Source of the DNA: Octopus sinensis
Taxonomy: Eukaryota
Assembly: GCF_006345805.1 (NCBI RefSeq)
Contig: NC_043026.1
Coordinates: 6,076,001 to 6,140,000 of the forward strand
Direction of reading: 5' to 3'
Length of the DNA stretch: 64,000 nucleotides
How positions within the stretch are numbered: position 1 is the stretch's first letter; every line of letters starts with the position of its first letter. Position numbers and translations under genes: made by a program. Below, piece by piece: positions 58,798-64,000 of this stretch. The notes under the pieces were generated by a model. It did no database searches. It worked only from the letters and a program-made list of their open reading frames with translations, and had not been told where the DNA came from.

Positions 58798-59478
58798 TGT
58801 GTGTGTGCATGTATGTTTGTGTGTCTGTGTTTGTCCCCCTAGCATTGCTTGACAACCGATGCTGGTGTGTTTATGTCCCCGTCACTTAGCGGTTCAGCAA
58901 AAGAGACCGATAGAATAAGTACTGGGCTTACAAAAAGAATAAGTCCCGGGGTCGATTTGCTCGACTGAAGGCGGTGCTCCAGCATGGCCGCAGTCAAATG
59001 ACTGAAACAAGTAAAAGAGTAATCAAGTGATTGTGGTCTACATACCACATAAAGCATATGTTTGTACTTTGAGTAGGCCTTTATCTTATAGATTAAGATT
59101 TAGTTTAAGTATCCTCTATAATTTCTGCCGTTTCTCTCTTATTTCAGATTACCGGATAACACTGGATTAAAGAATTTCTTTGACTTTGGATTCGTCATCA
59201 ATATTTATCGTCTTTCAAAGACTAAACAAAATTGTTACAGAGAACAGATATATTCCTGTTCATACAAAGAAGGTAATAATTCTTGTGGCTGAAGCAAAAT
59301 TCCTCTTTGATGGCCATTTTGGGTTCCTGTTAAACTTGGATTACAAAAGAGTTGGCAACATCTTCAGATATTGAGGAAAATAATAAGTTTTTGTTAAGAT
59401 TAAAGTTTTGTAAAGATTTGCCATTTGTGGTGAGGAATGAGAAATAACGAGAAACGAAATATGTGATGACGATGTGGA

Positions 59479-60453
59479 ATGCTGACGGAATATGTTGACT
59501 TGAATGAGGAGATGCCAAAGGAAAAAGAAAAGAAATCACACGAATGTGATATCTGTAAAAAGTCCTTTGGTCGAAACCACACCCTCACCATTCACAAACG
59601 TAGCCATACAGGTGAGAAACGGTTCCACTGTGATGTCTGCGGTAAAGCATTCGCAGAGAAGTACCAATTGACCAAACACATACGCGTCCATACAGGGGAG
59701 AGACCCTACCATTGCGACATCTGTGGTAAATCTTTCTCTCAGTCTACTCACGTAACTAAACATAAATTTATTCATACTGGAGAGAAACAATTTCACTGCG
59801 ATATCTGTGGCAAATCGTTCTATCAAATCCACGACTTAACCAAACACAAATACGTTCATACAGGTGAGAAACGTTACCAGTGTGATATCTGCGGTAAATC
59901 CTTCACCCGATCTGACCATTTGCTAAAACATAAAACTGTTCATACAGGTGAGAAACCATATGACTGCGATATCTGTGGTAAACCCTTCTCCCAAAAGGAA
60001 CAGCTAATCGCACACAAGCACATTCATACAGGTGAGAAGCCGTATCAGTGCGTTGTCTGTGGTAAGAGGTTCTCTAGGTTAGGAGCTTTGACTAAACACA
60101 AAGGTGTTCATACAGGTGAGAGGCCGTTTCATTGTGATGTGTGTGGTAAGTCGTTCCATGATGAAAACGGCTTAGCGAAGCACATACGCGTTCATACAGG
60201 TGAGAAACCGTATCAGTGTGATACCTGTGGGAAATCGTTCTCACAAAATCCTCACTTGACTGCACATAAGCGCATTCATACTGGGGAGAAACCATACGAC
60301 TGCGATATCTGTGGTAAACCCTTCTCCCGGAAGGAACACCTGACTGCACACAAGCGCATTCATACAGGTGAGAGACCATTTCATTGTGAGGTGTGTGGCA
60401 AAGCGTTCTCTCAGAAAAACCACTTAAATACACACAAATACGTTCATAAATGA
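59479..60453 (+). CDS. C2H2 zinc-finger protein, 11 tandem fingers (324 aa)
   Basis: Repeated CxxC-12-HxxxH with TGEKP/TGERP linkers; upstream acceptor cttatttcag| at 59147. Confidence 0.95.
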   Translation: MLTEYVDLNEEMPKEKEKKSHECDICKKSFGRNHTLTIHKRSHTGEKRFHCDVCGKAFAEKYQLTKHIRVHTGERPYHCDICGKSFSQSTHVTKHKFIHTGEKQFHCDICGKSFYQIHDLTKHKYVHTGEKRYQCDICGKSFTRSDHLLKHKTVHTGEKPYDCDICGKPFSQKEQLIAHKHIHTGEKPYQCVVCGKRFSRLGALTKHKGVHTGERPFHCDVCGKSFHDENGLAKHIRVHTGEKPYQCDTCGKSFSQNPHLTAHKRIHTGEKPYDCDICGKPFSRKEHLTAHKRIHTGERPFHCEVCGKAFSQKNHLNTHKYVHK

Positions 60454-61002
<549 letters not shown>

Positions 61003-62056
61003 GGGATATTTTTGATAAATCATTCTACTGAAATAAGGACAAGACATAAAAACATTTACACTGAAGAGAAACCATGTAATTCTGATAAAGATGGAAAAAT
61101 CTTTCTCTCCAAAGAGACAGGTAACTACACATGTATATATTCAGAGAGAAGAGCAACTGTATTGATATTATAAATGTTTGAGTGAAAAAAATATTTTGAT
61201 AACAATAAATGTCTCCTATTTGTGTGTCTGTTTGTCCCCCCACCCCACCACCACTTGACAACTGATGCTGGTGTTTTTATGTCCTTGTAACTTAGCGGTT
61301 CGGCAAAAGAGACCGATAGAATAAGAACTAGGGTTATAAAGAATAAGTCTCGGGGTCGATTTCTTTGACTAAAGAGGTTGGTGCTCCAGCATGGCCGCAG
61401 TCAAATGACTGAAATAAATAGAAAAAAAATATGATACAACCTTTTGTTAAATTGCACATATTTGCCACGTAAATAAACGTGAATATTTCGTGCAATTGCA
61501 CTTACATGCATGCGTTAAATGATAGGTAATGTAAAAAACTCAGTTCATCTTTTAAAATTGCACTTTTCACTTATCACCACTGCCACCACCACCATCATCA
61601 TCATCTCTCTCTCTCCCCACTCTCTCTCTGCCTTTCTTTAACCTCACCATCAGAACATCACCCCTCTGCTAACATTATTACGTTCCCCCAACCTCATATC
61701 ACGGACACTTCTCTCTCTGTTTTTCCCTCTCTTTTTCTTTCTCCATTTTTCTCTCCCACTCTTTACTGTACCCTCTTTTTCTCCCTTTTCTTTCTCTCTT
61801 TTCCTTCAAACGAATCACGGGAAAGCGTTGCAATTACATTCCCTCTACCTTCTGTCATGGACGCTTCTTTCTCCCTCTTATTTTTCCCTCTTTTCCTCTA
61901 ATCATGTGAAAACGTTACCGATGGGCTAAGTAACGTAATGACAGGCAGAATTATTATAAGATGTTGGGTGGTTGGGGTACATGAAGATTAACTGTAAAAT
62001 ATAAATATATATATATAGAAATATAATATAAGATCAAAATTCTGTGTGTGTGCATG

Positions 62057-62111
<55 letters not shown>

Positions 62112-63121
62112 GCACACACTGTCTTACTGGCACTTGTGCCCTGTACTAGTAGGGTGCTAAGAGCACCATCTGAGCGTGATCGTTGCCAGAGTGGTTAACT
62201 GGCTTCCGTGCTGGTGGCACGTAAAAGTACCCACTACACACTCGGAGTGGTTGGCGTTAGGAAGGGCATCCAGCTGTAGAAACTCTGCCAGATCAAGACT
62301 GGAGCCTGGTGCAGCCTTCTGGCTTCGCCAGTCCTCAGTCAAATCGTCCAACCCATGCCAGCATGGAAAACAGATGTTAAATGATGATGATGATGGTGAT
62401 GAGGTTGAATGCGAGATGCCCTTCTTCTAACGAGACGAGGTAATCATCTTACTCGTTTGGATGTTTGTAAATACTTGTGTCTTTTTGTTGTGTTTGTTCC
62501 CCACGACTGATTGACAACCGGTGTTGGTTTGTTTATGGTCTTGTAATGTAACATTTGTCCAAGAAAATGCTAGAGTAAGGAGAAGACGAATAAGTACTGC
62601 GATTAATTTGTTCCACTGAACCTTTAAATGCAGTGCCCCAGTTGGGCCACAATCCAGTACTTGAAATGAGTCAGAGATAAAAGATGTCTTCACATAATCC
62701 GGGATATAACTTAAAATCTTCCAAAGTGTAATCTCCGTTGTTTTATTTGAAGTATCCTCTATAATTTCTGCCGTTTCTCTCTTATTTCAGATTACCGGAT
62801 AACATTGGATTAAAGGATTTCTTTGACTTTGGATTCGTCATCAATATTTATCGTCTTTCAAAGACTAAACAAAATTGTTACAGAGAACAGATATATTCCT
62901 GTTCATACAAAGAAGGTAATAATTCTTGTGGCTGAAGCAAAATTCCTCTTTGATGGCCATTTTGGGTTCCTCTTAAACTTGGATTACAAAAGAGTTGGCA
63001 ACATCTTCAGATATTGAGGAAAATAATTAATTTTTGTTAAGATTAAAGTCTTGTAAAGATTTGCCATTTGTGGTGAGGAATGAGAAATAACGAGAAGCGA
63101 AATATGTGATGACGATGTGAA

Positions 63122-63940
63122 ATGCTGACGGAACGTGTTGACTTGAATGAGGAGATGCCAAAGGAAAAAGAAAAGAAATCACACGAATGTGATATCTGTA
63201 AAAAGTCCTTTGGTCGAAACCACACCCTCACCATTCACAAACGTAGCCATACAGGTGAGAAACGGTTCCACTGTGACACCTGTGGTAAGCCATTTGCTGA
63301 AAATCACCAATTGACCAAACACATACGCATCCATACAGGTGAGAGACCCTACCATTGCGACACCTGTGGTAAATCGTTCTCTCGGTCTGACCACTTGACC
63401 AAACACAAACGCATTCATGCAGGTGACAAGCGATTTCACTGCGATGTCTGTGGAAAATCGTTCTACCAAAATCACGACTTAACCAAACACAAATACATTC
63501 ATACAGGTGAGAAACATTATCAGTGTGATATCTGTAGTAAATCCTTCACCCGGTCTGACCATTTAATTAAGCATGAAACTGTTCATACAGGTGAGAAACC
63601 ATATAACTGTGATACCTGTGGTAAATCATTCTCTCGAAACGAACACTTGACTGCTCACAAGCGCATTCATACAGGTGAGAAGCCGTATCAGTGTCTTATC
63701 TGTGGTCAGTCTTTCTCTGAAGGGGGCACCTTGACTAAACACAGGCGTATTCATACAGGTGAGAGGCCGTTTCATTGTGATGTGTGTGGCAAGTCGTTCC
63801 ATGATGAAAATGGTTTGACTAAACACATACGTGTCCATACAGGTGAGAAACCGTATCAGTGTGATACCTGTGGGAAATCGTTCAGTCAAATGGCTAATTT
63901 AAATAAACACAAACGTATTCATACCAGAGAAACCACCTGA
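63122..63940 (+). CDS. C2H2 zinc-finger protein, 9 tandem fingers (272 aa), paralogue of 59479-60453
   Basis: Same architecture; offset 3643 bp from the first copy; acceptor cttatttcag| at 62790. Confidence 0.95.
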   Translation: MLTERVDLNEEMPKEKEKKSHECDICKKSFGRNHTLTIHKRSHTGEKRFHCDTCGKPFAENHQLTKHIRIHTGERPYHCDTCGKSFSRSDHLTKHKRIHAGDKRFHCDVCGKSFYQNHDLTKHKYIHTGEKHYQCDICSKSFTRSDHLIKHETVHTGEKPYNCDTCGKSFSRNEHLTAHKRIHTGEKPYQCLICGQSFSEGGTLTKHRRIHTGERPFHCDVCGKSFHDENGLTKHIRVHTGEKPYQCDTCGKSFSQMANLNKHKRIHTRETT

Positions 63941-64000
63941 GGGATATTTTTGATAAATCATTCTACTGAAACGGGGACAAGAAGACATAAAAACATTTAC

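Noticed and set aside
59437-59466. In-frame 9-codon uORF before both ZNF starts
   Set aside because: Real in sequence but too short to assign function; its conservation is explained by the recent homogenisation.

Overview
AT-rich, repeat-dense eukaryotic genomic DNA, inferred to be from an octopus (dense tRNA-derived SINEs, very long microsatellites, tandem C2H2 zinc-finger genes). All genes are on the + strand. (1) A dynein axonemal intermediate chain gene, DNAI3/WDR63, spans <1-36525. I assembled 23 GT-AG exons by hand with consistent phases (3150 nt, 1049 aa visible; the start lies upstream of the window). It has an acidic Pro/Asp/Val repeat N-terminal extension. (2) OST4, a 37-aa oligosaccharyltransferase subunit, is at 46192-46305. 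(3) A CpG-rich promoter/leader at about 53.8-54.1 kb is followed by two tandem single-coding-exon C2H2 zinc-finger ORFs (59479-60453, 11 fingers; 63122-63940, 9 fingers). The rest is about five SINE families, TTAA-flanked MITEs, short Helitrons, LINE/Penelope/Tc1-mariner relics, a tRNA-Asn pseudogene and many satellites. Most notable: fold-back elements carrying minimal hammerhead-ribozyme motifs in the DNAI3 introns (the antisense copy has an intact core, the sense copies are mutated); two zinc-finger exons with identical splice acceptors that may share one leader exon; a 2-kb telomere-like array abutting that promoter; and a LINE/SINE shared 3' tail with a compensatorily conserved hairpin. 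Most long ORFs in the supplied track are repeat artefacts. No database searches were run, so family names are recognition-based.
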